This document shows positions 52,701-64,000 of a stretch of 64,000 nucleotides of DNA, piece after piece (positions within the stretch are counted from its first letter, which is position 1; each line of letters starts with the position of its first letter). The position numbers and the translations under genes were made by a program. The notes under the pieces are model-generated. The model was not told the DNA's origin, searched no databases, and was given only the letters and a program-made list of their open reading frames with translations. Location: assembly GCA_030264375.1 (NCBI GenBank), contig JASCQW010000027.1, forward strand, positions 70,650,720 to 70,714,719, in the 5' to 3' direction. This DNA comes from Carcharhinus longimanus. Lineage: Eukaryota.

Positions 52701-54130
52701 AAAGTAGCTCCCACAAACTGTTGGATGCATGAGTCACATGGTCAATTTAACATGTCATAAAACTGCTTTCACACAAATTTTACACATTACTAAAGTTTAT
52801 GTGGAATAGAAGTCTGGGTGCTTGTCGATTTCCCAATTGCAGAAGGTGCATTTAAAATATGTTTGAGCTTTTCAATTTCAAGTCAGCATGCCAATTTCCA
52901 CCATATTAACTAGCAACATATCTGATATGAAGTTCCTTGCCTGAACCATGTCAGATGTCGTTAGTTGAGGTTGTTACATGTTTGAAAAAGCAAGAGCTAT
53001 CTCATGTGAATTTATAAAATCTATGCCTGTTATAGCATTAAAATCAAGTTAGTGATCCAACTGCACTCTGTTCTGCATTCTGCAATTACAACTTTGATTC
53101 AAACTTGTTTTACCGTAAGGACATACAAGAATAATTTGCTATTGTTAGTGATGATGGTTCAAAACAAACCCTGATTCTCAATGAGATCCCTGATATCCAG
53201 TGATTTAAAAATTTGTATATTCTATCTATACTTAACATGTAGTATCTGACCCCATCCATACTGGGGCAGATTTAACAATGCCAGAAACATTGCATAAATG
53301 CAGTTATTTCTAAGTTACAAATCAAAACTGCCAGTACATTATCTCCAATGGATGGGAAGGTTCATAAAGGCCAATGATAAAAACCATAAACTAACCATAT
53401 TATATCTAAGTAATGAACGGAAACAGAAGAGCAAGTCATCGACCATGGTAAGTGCTATAATTACACTGTATAAAAAAATTGCATTTGGATATCTTTGAAC
53501 CTGTATAATGTTTGAAATAATACTTGAAACTTGGACATCTGATATGCTAAGTGTAATTTTCCAAGATGTAAATTTTAAATTTAAACTTTTTAGGTGGTAT
53601 TGCAGAGTTTGTTCCAGCATGCACAGAGTGCAACTTGTTGTACCAGACAAATGTAATGCTTATGTAGCTTCTTCTATTATAACACGAAAACCTGTGCGGT
53701 AAAATAGCAAGATTTGCACATTTTTGCACGCACGCACAGAATTTGGAAGTGAACAAGGTAGTTTTGTTCAATATACGCAAACACCAACACAGTGACAGCC
53801 AAACAAATTCCTACTCTGGTTTGATATTTTCACATTTTGAATGCTTATATGAGGGAACTGAACAAAGACAGGAAAGCGAGTAGGAGTTTGATGAACATTG
53901 ACTGTGGCCAATTGCCAGGAAATAATTAAGCTGAGCTGAAGCATCATTTGGTTAGGTGACTTGTACAGAGAATAAATTGAAGACCGTATACATATTTTGA
54001 CAATTATGTTTTATTCCAAAGACGTGGTAATCTTCTACAGAACACCCAAACATCACCCAGGCTGAAACAAAGCTATCACGATTCACAACGGATTTCCAAC
54101 CAAATGACAACCACAGTACCATTTACTCAC

Positions 54131-54182
54131 CTACTTAGGGACTGCCTCAAGGTTACCATTCAATTACAATGCCACTTCAACT
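54131..54182 (-). other. Candidate 52-nt non-coding exon
   Basis: Branch-like tacttac, acceptor ttggtgcctctccgcag and donor TAG|gtgagt. Stops in all frames. Confidence 0.45.
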
Positions 54183-55189
54183 CTGCGGAGAGGCACCAAA
54201 TCACATCGTAAGTACATCTCATATTGCAATAGTATCAATAACCAAAAAGGAAAAGATTTTTCCATCATTTGAATGCTCTATCATGAGAGGGGTTGTTAAG
54301 CAGCAGCTGATAAGAGGAGTGGAATGGCAACAACAATAGATTGTTGATAAATTCCCAATTTTATTAAGTTCAATAGCTAAGTCTGGCAAGGCCATTTTAA
54401 GGTTAAAGACAATTGTAGTCTCCTGTGCTTTATTCATACAGATAGTTTCAAACAACTGAACAAGCTGTGGGAAGGCTTAAAGAAATGCATCCACATGGAG
54501 TTTAAGACCAAGGTTTAACTTATTCAACTGTTGCCTGCAGCAAAACTTCAGCCGTCATGCTAAATGTGAGACCTCTCTAAGCACCTTGGAAGTCTGCTTG
54601 TGCACTTGGACATTCCAAGCAAAAACCAAGAGCAGGGATATTCGGCATCTCTGACAAATAAAACAAGTAAGCTGCAGTTACATATGTCATATCAAGACAT
54701 CGGGATTAAAAAACTCCATGGTTATCATGTAACACCACAATGTTACAGTGGCTATTTCTTGTTTATTGACTCATGGTAGGTGTGATTATTGCATCCCAAA
54801 TCATCACTCCAGAATCTCCTCTGTTAAGCAAAAACCATCCTTTTTCACATTTCCCTATACCTAAAAGGGAACTATTTCTTAGTGTCTACACATTCATCCC
54901 AAAAGATTGCTAAATTCAGACTATAGCACATATTTTGACATGCTGAAATTGACATGAGAAATTATTATAGTCCAATCGTGACACAAGAACGCAAGAAAAC
55001 AAATCAAGGCCAACATGCAGTATTGTGGTCTAAGGGTTGATTTTTGTTTAGGCAGTAGCCATAAATCTTATCAGATGATTCCGTATAGAGTTGAAATGAC
55101 TAGCATGTCAATCCCGTTGAACAAATATTTTCTTTCACATAACAGAAATAGAGGATGACCATGAGGTTAATAAGGAGGAAGGAATCTAA

Positions 55190-56095
55190 AGTAATTAATA
55201 CCAGAGAAAAAGAATCACAAAAACTTACAGGAGGAAAAGCCAACAAATTCCCAGGACATAATGGCCTACACTCAAGAGGAGTGGCCACATAGATGATGGG
55301 TGGACTGATTATGATTTTCCAAAATTCCTTAGATTCTAGAACGATCCTAGCAGATTGGAAGTTGATGAATGTAATAATGCAACTCAAGTAAAGAGAGAAA
55401 ACGGGGAACTCCAGGCCAATTAGTCTAACATCAGTCATTGGGAAAGTACTGGAATCTATTATGGAAATCTAACAATGTATTTAAGATTGAAGATTTTCTA
55501 AGTCAACACATTTCTTTGAAAGTGAAATGGTGTTTGACAGTGAGCTTTTTGAGATTGTAACTCTAAATAAAGAGGGCTAGTCAATGCAGTAAACTTTGAT
55601 TTTAAGAAGGCACTTGATAAGGTGTCACATAAAAATCTAAGGGCTCATGGAATAGGGGGCAATATATTAGCATGGATGGGGGATTGGTTAAGGCACAGGA
55701 AGCAGAGTAGGCATAAACTGGCTCTTTTTAAATTGGCAAGTTGTAACAAATGGACTGTCACAGGGATTAGAGCTAGACCCTTAACCATTCACAATCTAAA
55801 TAATGACTTCGACAAATAGACAGATAGTAATGATCCAGATTTGCTGACGATACAGAGGATGAGGAGACAAAAACTGCAAAACAATATAAACAGATTAACT
55901 CAATGGACAACAAGTTGGGATTATAATGTGGGAAGTGAGGTTTTTCACTTTGGTGGTGACAGGCAAGTAGATTACGTTTAAAAAGGCATGAAACTTGCAA
56001 ATGTTGATATTTAGAGACATGTGGGTGTATCCAAATTCTGAACTCAAAGTTAGCATACTGCAATTGGAAAAGCAAATGTATTTTATTGGTGACTT
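55190..56095 (+). mobile_element. CR1 ORF2 RT fragment
   Basis: GNSRPISLTSVIGKVLESI, DFKKALDKVSH and RFADDT motifs. Confidence 0.9.
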
Positions 56096-56204
56096 CAAGT
56101 TATTTTTCATAATGTTTTGAAACTGCAGTCGTAAAGGTTATTGGGAGCAATAGTTTAATTAAACTACACAAAAATAACAAACAGTACCTGTGTAATTAAA
56201 CTTT

Positions 56205-56635
56205 TTGATTTGTCTCATCTATGTGCAGTGAAAGGTATTGTTTCTTGCACACTATACAGGCAAAGCACATTGTTCATAGAGTACATAGAAGAGACAAGAA
56301 GCGGATGCACAATATAATGTTACTCATAGCTGGAGTTTAGAGAAAGATCGACTTTATAAGATAGGCCCATTCAAAAGTCTGATGGCAAGAGGAAAGAAGC
56401 CGCTCGAGCTGGCTGGTACGTGATCTCAGGTTTTTCTATCTTTTTCCCGATGAATAAAGAAAATGAGTACGNNNNNNNNNNTGATGGATTGTAGTTTGTA
56501 GTTTTTTTGCAGTCTTGGTCAGAGTAGGAGCCATATCAAGCTGCAATACATCAGGTGCATCTATATGGACATGCCAAATTTTCTTAGCTTCCTGAGAAAA
56601 TAGAGGCATCGGTGGGCTTTCTGCTTTCTTAACTA
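56205..56635 (-). mobile_element. Rex1/Babar LINE 3' fragment
   Basis: Minus-strand KAHRCLYFLRKLRKFGMS matches the Rex1 KAQQRLYFLRxLRKF motif; characteristic tail. Confidence 0.85.
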
Positions 56636-56826
56636 GGTGGTAGCAGTTTTAATAAACACAGTAAATGCAAATATACAAAGGAATTATTCTAAGTTCATTA
56701 AGTAATTAAATTAGCTAAATAATATCAGTAACAATTGCTGGACAGATGTATTGCAGTTGTGGAATATGGGAGCTCTGGATGCCGAGGCAATCCAGGACAA
56801 ACATCTGCAGAAAGTGTAAACATGAC

Positions 56827-57006
56827 GTGGAGATGCTAGCACTGGGGTAGGCACAGTAACAAGTCTCAACACCAAATTGAAGTCCAACAAGTTTATTTGG
56901 TAGCTCAGGCTTTCGGAGCACTGCTCCTTCATCACCTGATGCAGCAACAGCATTCTGAAAGCCCAGGCTATCAGATAAACCTGTTGGACTTTAACTGTTC
57001 TTGTGA
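56827..57006. mobile_element. Palindromic Penelope-derived element with decayed hammerhead cores
   Basis: Same arms as 21289-21453; the minus strand has tgatga-a-ggagca-g-tgctcc-gaaa (56934-56911). Confidence 0.8.
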
Positions 57007-57009
57007 AAG

Positions 57010-57470
57010 TCTAAGCAGCTATAGGAATTCAGGATCAGGATTATCGATCGATAAGCCAAACTGCAATGCAAGATGGGGAGAGAAATTCCTGGACACTTGG
57101 TTCCAGAATATAGTCACATTGCTTAGAACAGGGTCATCTATTTTGGAAAGGATATGACTGAGTGAGGCAGGTAAAGGGACAAAGCTGACAATTGTGGAGG
57201 AAACTCAGACTTCGCAATTATTCAACAGGTTTGAAGTGTTCAAAACCTGTGTGGACGATTGCAAGGTCTGCAAGGTGGATGAGTAGGCTAGCCAAAGCTT
57301 CATTGTACAGGAAGCCATACAAGTGTTGGGGGAGTGGGAGGAATAAAGGAATGTCATGGTAGGTGGGAACAGTATAGATGCAGTATATCAAGGGATAGGG
57401 TAAAAGCAGGAGAGCAAAATATGGGAAATGAGATGGGACATTTGAGAAGTGTTGCAATCACAGCAAGGCT
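57010..57470 (+). mobile_element. CR1 ORF1 (esterase-type) fragment
   Basis: LFNRFEVF and NVMVGGNSI resemble the NRFxxL and VxVxGDSI motifs of CR1 ORF1. Confidence 0.6.
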
Positions 57471-57545
57471 TCAGTACTTGTAAAACCTTCATGGAAATAA
57501 AAAGTTGAAATCAAACATAAACACTATCAATTTACTCTGAAGCTG

Positions 57546-57705
57546 TAGAATCACAGAATCCTACAGTGCTGAAGGAGGCCATTCGACCCATTGAGACTGC
57601 ACCAACCTCGATCCTACCCAGACCTTATCCCCGTAACTCCATGCATTTACTCTAGCTAGCTAGATACTAAGGAGCAATTTAACATGGCCAATCTATTTAA
57701 TCTTG
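57546..57705 (-). mobile_element. HE1-type SINE 3' part
   Basis: tagaatcacagaatcctacagtgc tail; gcaatttaacatggccaatc core. Confidence 0.8.
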
Positions 57706-58329
57706 TAGAACCTGAGAAGGTCAAAGTATTTTGGATATCAACTCAAGAGCTTGAATTCCACTGCCACTCCCAAAAGAAATCAATTTGTTTTTATAAAAAC
57801 CATTAATTTTCTCAGAACAAACATTTTCAGTAGCAAGGCGCTCAATGATCCACAAGCACTGGAGATCCAGCCCATGAATCTAATTCTGATTTCTGTACAA
57901 TTTATACGTACAATAAAATCTTTGAGTTCAATGTCAGAGGCTCCACTTCCAAACATATTAGGTAGAGCTTCATAATGGCTGAGACCCTATTCCCACATGA
58001 ATGGAACCTGCTTTGGTTTATACTTTTTTTTTTTAGATACAAGAAAGATTCCAATGCCAAATGGAAATACATAAAACAATAAATGTGAAATCTTTATTCA
58101 ATTTGTTCACAGCTCAAAATGACCTGACTTTGCTAAAGGCCAGGGCTTTGTATCAAAAAAGACGAAGACTTAGCACCAGAATTTTCTTTTTGCTTAATGT
58201 ACTGCTTGACACCGGCTACCATGAATTCAGTTTAATCAAACATGCTTTTGGTGCCTTTTTACTGCAGCATGAACTCTGAGCACCTCAACATATAATAGTA
58301 TCAACTGTAATCCCATTGCGCATTTTATA

Positions 58330-59620
58330 GCATTGTCCACCTCCTTACAAGTTTGTCATTGGTCCTACTGGAAATTCCATGCTGGCCTCCCGCAGCCAAG
58401 TGGAAAGTGCTTTGTCATGGCAGTAGTGTTTAACTACTGCTCCTTCATGTTCTAACATCATCTGCAGCTGCAACCTACTTGACCTCAGCATGGTCGTAAC
58501 AGTGGCATTTCTGGCTTCCCCCACCATCTTCATTATGAAGATGATCTCTCATGCAATTGAATTGAACTCTACTTTTCATAAATTATCTTGCTAACCATAG
58601 AGGTCAACTGCCATTGGTAGTGATTTTTCAGATTCCTAATTATTCCTGATCCACTGGCTGGAGCTTGGTCATGGTGTTGGGAGAAAGGAACACTCTTTAA
58701 GCCTGCAATGTGGGTGGGCTGGGCAGTTGTTAGTAATGATAATTTTCCCTTTTATCATTAATGTTTTGTTCACTTTCCTGATACACACCTCAATAAAAAT
58801 GCTGAAGACCATCCAGGCAAATTTGTTCATCTCATAACATGTGGGTTGTGCCTTGATATTTGTGAAGCAACATAGCTTGTTGAACTTTTCTATCACAAGT
58901 GGTGGCAGTTTTCTGTGCCATCTATGTTGCCACAGACCATTCCAGTGACACCTTTTTTGCTCCACTTTTCACCATTACCTGCTTCACCTTTTAACTTCAA
59001 AGAGCTGTCTGGCAAAAGACAAGAAATCAGTCCCATTTCATGTGCATTGAAAATGTCTCCTGGTGCATACTCAGTCAAGATGTAGGCCGATAGTTTGGAG
59101 TCAACAACTGTCATTGCTGCTGTAACCACTGATCCATCACCACTTTATGTACAGAAGACAATGCTGTTGCCATTCTTGAACTAATCAAGCCATCTAATCG
59201 CTGCAGACAAACTTCATGGAGACCAGCTTCCTTGACAGGGTGACTCCCCTTTCCTGCAGGATTGGATCAGAAATGAGAACATTCTCTGCTCAGGTTGCCT
59301 TAAACCCAATAGTAGAGCTTCAACATTGGAATAGGCAGATGTCTCATTCTTGCTGGAGAAAATGTGTGTTTGCCAAAATGTTCAAGATGTTCATCAAGGT
59401 GGAATCTCGCACTACTTTACAATGTCCACTTTACACCACTGTTTTCCACTCGCTATGCCAACTTCACCTTTTTGCTGATCAACACATTTTAACCTCATAG
59501 GTTCAGCCTTACTTACAAGTTTTTCACATTCTTTCACAGAGAGATCCCATTGTCAAATGATTGCTTGTCCAGCACTCCATGATGCTCCATTCTTGTGCAG
59601 AGTAACTTCATGCTGATTGA
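58330..59620 (-). mobile_element. Decayed Tigger/pogo (CENP-B/TIGD-like) DDE transposase
   Basis: ENVLISDPILQE and WLD.FK (HTH), then YAPGDIFNAHEMGL...LLPDSSLKLKGE, KLPPLVI...NKFAWM, NNCPAH and PVDQ...IRNLKNHY. Catalytic Asp positions are mutated and there are frameshifts. Confidence 0.92.
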
Positions 59621-60276
59621 TCAGCAAGGCTATATGACAAGCTCAGACAAGTTTAGTTAACTGTGCAGATTTCAGTGGGATCTGCGATTCTGCCATCAAG
59701 AATGAGTCATCTGAATTTGACTCATCACGATTTCCTAATATCCCTTTGAAACAGAAAATCCTGAGACATGTTTTGCAAGGGAGGAATGGGTTATACAAAA
59801 AGTTTTTAAAAAGGTGAACACCAGAGTCTAAAGGACAAGTCTGGAAGCTTTTTAAAGGCAGGGTAAGTGGCAATAATGTGGAGTCGTCAGAGAGGGCATT
59901 CCAGAGAATGGAACTGAAACCACTTTACAGGGTCTACAGAGACACTTACATCCAAATTGTTATGACACCCAAGTCGACCTTCCTTTCTGATGTTGATAAT
60001 TTAAACAACTTTATTTCAAATCTACCTCAAATGGCAGAAGGTGCACAACAAATCCAGCTGACATCCTTCTGACGTTAGTATGGAAGCAAATATTGAAAGG
60101 TTCTACAGATAGGGAGGACCAGTTAACTGAGCACATTTACAGCAAACGTCTGAAAGAAAGATAACAAATCTTTCTTGGAATGCATGAGATGGCCCCTTTT
60201 GAGATACAGCTGGAGATTTCCTCACCTGCACAATCTTGAAACCAATATCGGGCAGCACACAAAACAATCAATTAAG

Positions 60277-60820
60277 GAGGCGATAGCCTAGTGGTATCAT
60301 CACTAGACTATTAATCCAGCTAATACTCCAGAGACCCGAGTTTGAATTAGAAATTAGAATCTTCCAATAATCATGAAACCAACATCGATTATTGGAAAAA
60401 CCCATCTGGCTCACTAATGTTCGTTAGGAAAAGAAATCCGCAGTCAAAACCAAAAGAGAGAATCTGAAAATCTAGCTGGTCTGACAGCATCTGTTAGGAG
60501 AGAAAAGAGCCGATGTTTCGTGTCCAGATGACCTCTGACAAAGTGTCGTCTGGACTCGAAACGTCAACTCTCTTCTCTCCTTACAGATGCTGTCAGACCA
60601 GCTGAGATTTTCCAGCATTTTCTCTTTTGGTTTCAGATTCCAGCATCTGCAGTGATTTGCTTTTATCCAACCTGCAGTCCTAACCTGACCTAACCTGGTC
60701 TGGCCAGATGTAATTCCAGATCCACAGCAATGTAGTTGACTCAACTGCCCCTTGGCAATTGGTATGGGCAATAAATGCTGGCCAGCCAGTGACACCCATA
60801 TCCCACAGATGAATAAAAAA
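60277..60820 (+). mobile_element. tRNA-derived SINE with CR1-type tail, split by a palindromic insertion
   Basis: ggcgatagcctagtggta A-box, gagtttgaat B-box and tail gggcaataaatgctggccagccag...gaataaaaaa. Confidence 0.88.
60446..60668. mobile_element. Palindromic Penelope-derived element with minimal hammerhead-like core
   Basis: Inverted arms of about 85 bp (aaaccaaaagagag...tctgacagcatctgt...tttcg and cgaaa...acagatgctgtcaga...ctcttttggttt). Core ctgacaa...gaaacgtc at 60535-60565; gcagtc repeated on both sides. Confidence 0.85.
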
Positions 60821-61694
60821 TTGCTATTAATCTTGAAAAGAGTAGTTAACATGGGTGTATGGATACATGAGGAGAAGAACAAAAACAGAAAAACACAAAA
60901 GATTCATCAGTAATACAAAACTCAACCAGGGTTGTGTTAAAGCAAGAGATTTGTCAATAAATGAACTTCTCAGTCTGTGCTTCAGAGTCGAGAACTGGTC
61001 TAGGCCCGAGAATCACTCCAGTACATTCCAGAACCAAAGTAGGCATGACAATTGTTGACATAGACCTCGGATACTGGACAAAACAAACACCACCACCATC
61101 GAACAAATGATACCAAATCTGCCTCAACTAGAGATGCCTGTGTTGGCTTAATTCTGAAATTTAATATGGTGTCTTCTGAATAAACTTGAAACATCATGTG
61201 CAAAACTTCTAACTTAGCTTTCAGAATTGAGTTCTATTTAGTTATTCAGTGTTGAACAGTCATTGTTATTACATCACTATTTTTCACTGTACTCACAGGA
61301 AAGGCTATGACAAGTTTTAGTCTTCAAAGTTAAGCCTGGAGAAAGGTAGCAGAAAAGGGAAGGTGAATACAACTAGAAGCATGCTGTAATGAAACATGTA
61401 TAATTTTAAGCCTAAGGCAGGTATAGACTGAAGGTTAGTTCAACCAGAATACTCGTGACAAAAAAAAGGAATTGCAGCTACACTGATACTAGAGATCATT
61501 TTGACTCTGTACACTAAAAAGTACAATGCGGCTACTGGCAAGACTGACCTTTGGGAAATATCAAAGAGACGCAAAAGAACATTACCTGCAGAAGAGCAAC
61601 AGAGGGACACTAGTACCGCACAAACAAATAACTCAAAAGGAGAATTGAGGATTCCTCTTTAGCTGCAGTAATTATCTACTTTGTACCCAAGCGG

Positions 61695-62085
61695 CAGCTT
61701 GGCTCAGTAACATCCTTTCGCAAATCAGAAGGTAGTATGTTCAAGCCAACAGCAAAACACAAGAACCTCACCCCTGCTGTTTCTTCACTGCAGTATTGAG
61801 GTAGTGTCATCTTTTAACAGAAAGTGCAAACCAATACAGATGGCTCAGGTAACAATGTTAAATAATATGATTCAAAAGGTTTTCCCAATGTCCTGATGAA
61901 AATTCCCCTCAGCAACATCTCAAATCCAGACTAACAGGTCATTTATTTCAGTTGCCATTTGTAGGACTGTATTTGTGTTCAAATCAGTGGTAACATTTTC
62001 CCTACATAGCAGTGACTCTTCTTCAAAAGAAGATTCATTCTGCACTTCAGGGCAGTGATATTGCAATGATGCAATACATAAATTA
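61695..62085 (+). mobile_element. DeuSINE/SacSINE-type SINE
   Basis: ttggctcagt...gttcaagcc head, Deu-like centre (ttcccaatgtcctg...ttgccatttgtagga) and L2-like tail. Confidence 0.7.
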
Positions 62086-62189
62086 CACCGAAACTAACCA
62101 ACACAAATAAAAAGTATTGCGCAGTGGGTTTCTCTGTTCACAAATCCTTATATACATCACTGTTGAACATAAGACATTTTGAAATAAGA

Positions 62190-62420
62190 GAATTGTATTA
62201 AAAAGCAACAAATGGGTTGATTTAGCACCTTTCCCAGGCAATTAAGCATAGTCACTTAAACTGTTCTGTACAATAATAGAACAGCCAATGCACACAAGCA
62301 TTGAGACAATGACAGCTTGTCAGAATTGGAGTCTGTTTGCCAGGGCAGAAAATTCACCCGCTCTTCTTCAAATACTGCCATTGGTTAATTTGCATCCACC
62401 TGAATAGGCGGATTGATTCC
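62190..62420 (-). mobile_element. DeuSINE/SacSINE-type SINE fragment
   Basis: Reverse-orientation tail and centre (cagccaatgcacacaagc...ctcttcttcaaatactgccat...tccacctga). Confidence 0.6.
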
Positions 62421-62620
62421 TTGTTAAAAATTGCCAGGAAATGGGTATTTGAAGCTCTCACTGCTTTGCTCTGAAGTGTTTACGCATTGGGAATGTACAC
62501 AATTGAATCCAGCTGCAATGGCTCACTTTCATTCAAGGCCAGCAAATACAGAATAGCCACACGAGAAAGACAGCTGAAGATAACAGACATGTGGAACCAA
62601 ACACCAAGCAAACAGATAAT

Positions 62621-62813
62621 GGGGGGAATTCTCCAGCCGTTCTCTGGTCCTGCTGGTAGCACACCTCTTCCGTGGGTTTTGCTGCAGTGGGGGGTGATAT
62701 CAATGGAAAATCCCACCGCCAGTGACGGGACCAGAGAATCCTGCCGCCAGTGAACAATGCACCACTTCTTGCTGCCAAGAAGCACACAACTGGGAAGCTG
62801 GAGAATTCTCCAC
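62621..62813. mobile_element. PIF/Harbinger-like MITE
   Basis: TIRs ggggggaattctccagc and gctggagaattctccac (15/17 complementary), with a 3-bp aat duplication at 62618-20 and 62814-16. Confidence 0.85.
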
Positions 62814-62844
62814 AATATCTGAAAAAGCAGAACATTGTTGGAAA

Positions 62845-62916
62845 ATCTTATTGAATGGCGGGGCAGGCATGAAGGGCGAGATGGCCTACTCCTGCTCCTA
62901 TTTTCTTATGTTCTTA
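62845..62916 (+). mobile_element. CR1 3' tail only
   Basis: ttgaatggcggggcaggc...cctactcctgctcctattttcttatgttctta, nearly identical to 21964-22036. Confidence 0.9.
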
Positions 62917-63099
62917 AAATAAAGTGAATACAAATTTCAATGGCATTATATACATTGATTTTTTTTTTTACCTACAATCAAAAAAGACCCCCTTGTGTCT
63001 CGTTTAAAAATTAGCTATTGTTTCCATTTTATATCCCAACATCAAGCACCTAAGAGGTCAGATGTTCCTCTCAATGCTATTCATAACCAAAAAAAACAA

Positions 63100-63760
63100 T
63101 AGTTTGCATTTATATAATACTTTTAACATAGTAAAACATCCCAAGGCACTTCACAGGAGCATCATCGAACAACATTCAGCATTGAGGCCTTTAAATCGGT
63201 GTTGTGGAGGTGGGTTTTAAGGGTGGATTTTAACAAATGAGAGTGGGATTTAGGGACGGAATTTCAGAGCTTCATGCCTCAGTCGCTGAAAGCATGGTGC
63301 CAACTAAGCAGTGTTTAAAACAGATGCACAGTAAGCCAGAATTGGAGGGCCACAAAGCTGGATGCAGTTACAGAGATAGGGGGAGTCAAGGCTTTGGAAG
63401 GGTCTCTAAACAAGAATAAGAATTTTAAAAATCAAGGGTTTTCTGATGGGCAAGCGTAACATGATGCAAATTAAGGGTAGCAAAAGTTTGGATGCAGTGA
63501 AGTTTATGCAAGGTGGAAGATGGAAGGCCAACCAGGAGAGAATTGAGATAGTCAAGTCTGGAAATAACAAAGTACGGGGTTTTTTTAAAGTAGGTAAGCT
63601 AAGCTGAGATAGATATAAAAGTGCCCAAGACATTTAAGATGAAGCACTTAACGTTTTACCAGGAAGTGCAAACACCTCTTCTCAGTCCCTGCTCTCTCCC
63701 AAACAGTGTGCACGTGATTATGAGCTTGCTCTCAGACAATGATAAGGACAAATATACACT
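63100..63760 (-). mobile_element. L2 LINE 3' fragment
   Basis: ttgcatttatata...cccaaggcacttcacagg tail; minus-strand PDLTISILSWLAF and IFKILILV resemble the L2 SRLDYxN and FKILxL motifs. Confidence 0.8.
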
Positions 63761-64000
63761 TTACCCTGAGTGTCTTTGTATAACTATTTGTCATCTTAAA
63801 ACAGTGAACTGCTAAGCATCATACAGCCTCAAAACAACTGTTAAGTGGTTTATGACAAAGTGTCACCCTACTGCCAACCTGCATTTCCTATTTTAAGACT
63901 TGGAGGTACTAGTGTCTCAAAATTCATCCCATCTTTTATGTAATGGTACTTTTGAGCCTCTCCAATCAGCTTTTCACCTTTCCACAGCAATGAAAAGGCC

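Noticed and set aside
53148-53193. Box C/D snoRNA-like motifs (gtgatga...ctga...ctga)
   Set aside because: Only about 46 nt from box C to box D, no terminal stem, and on the opposite strand to the inferred host transcript.
1-64000. ORF-track entries as host genes; CRISPR arrays, operons, rRNA
   Set aside because: All ORFs are short (167 aa or less) and are either TE fragments or lack recognisable motifs. The DNA is eukaryotic, with no repeat-spacer arrays or rRNA-like sequence.

Overview
This is AT-rich, repeat-dense vertebrate DNA, almost certainly from a cartilaginous fish (shark). That call rests on HE1/V-SINE-type tRNA SINEs, CR1 LINEs with (tatgttct)n or (tttgttct)n tails, and DeuSINE/SacSINE-type tails. 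The scaffold contains nine N-gaps. I found no intact protein-coding gene, rRNA, tRNA or CRISPR array, and nearly all ORF-track entries are chance ORFs or pieces of decayed transposons. Recognisable fossils are a near-full-length RTE LINE (2.4-5.15 kb), a Gypsy gag-protease remnant (6.7-7.8 kb), many CR1, L2 and Rex1 fragments, a Tigger/pogo transposase (58.3-59.6 kb), a Harbinger-like MITE, probable solo LTRs and several palindromic Penelope-derived elements with decayed hammerhead-ribozyme cores. A set of well-formed minus-strand splice sites (about 54.1, 33.3, 28.4, 19.3, 18.1, 16.7, 15.4 and 11.7 kb) suggests the window lies inside a large unidentified spliced transcript with mostly non-coding exons (multi-exon UTR or lncRNA). 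These sites cluster in a TE-poor block at 14-20 kb. I cannot support a claim of a wholly new biological system. The best leads are an unassignable frameshifted ORF at 5.5-6.35 kb, the non-coding exon/microexon cluster with a possible antisense promoter, and the hairpin ribozyme-bearing elements. Element boundaries were read by eye and are approximate.
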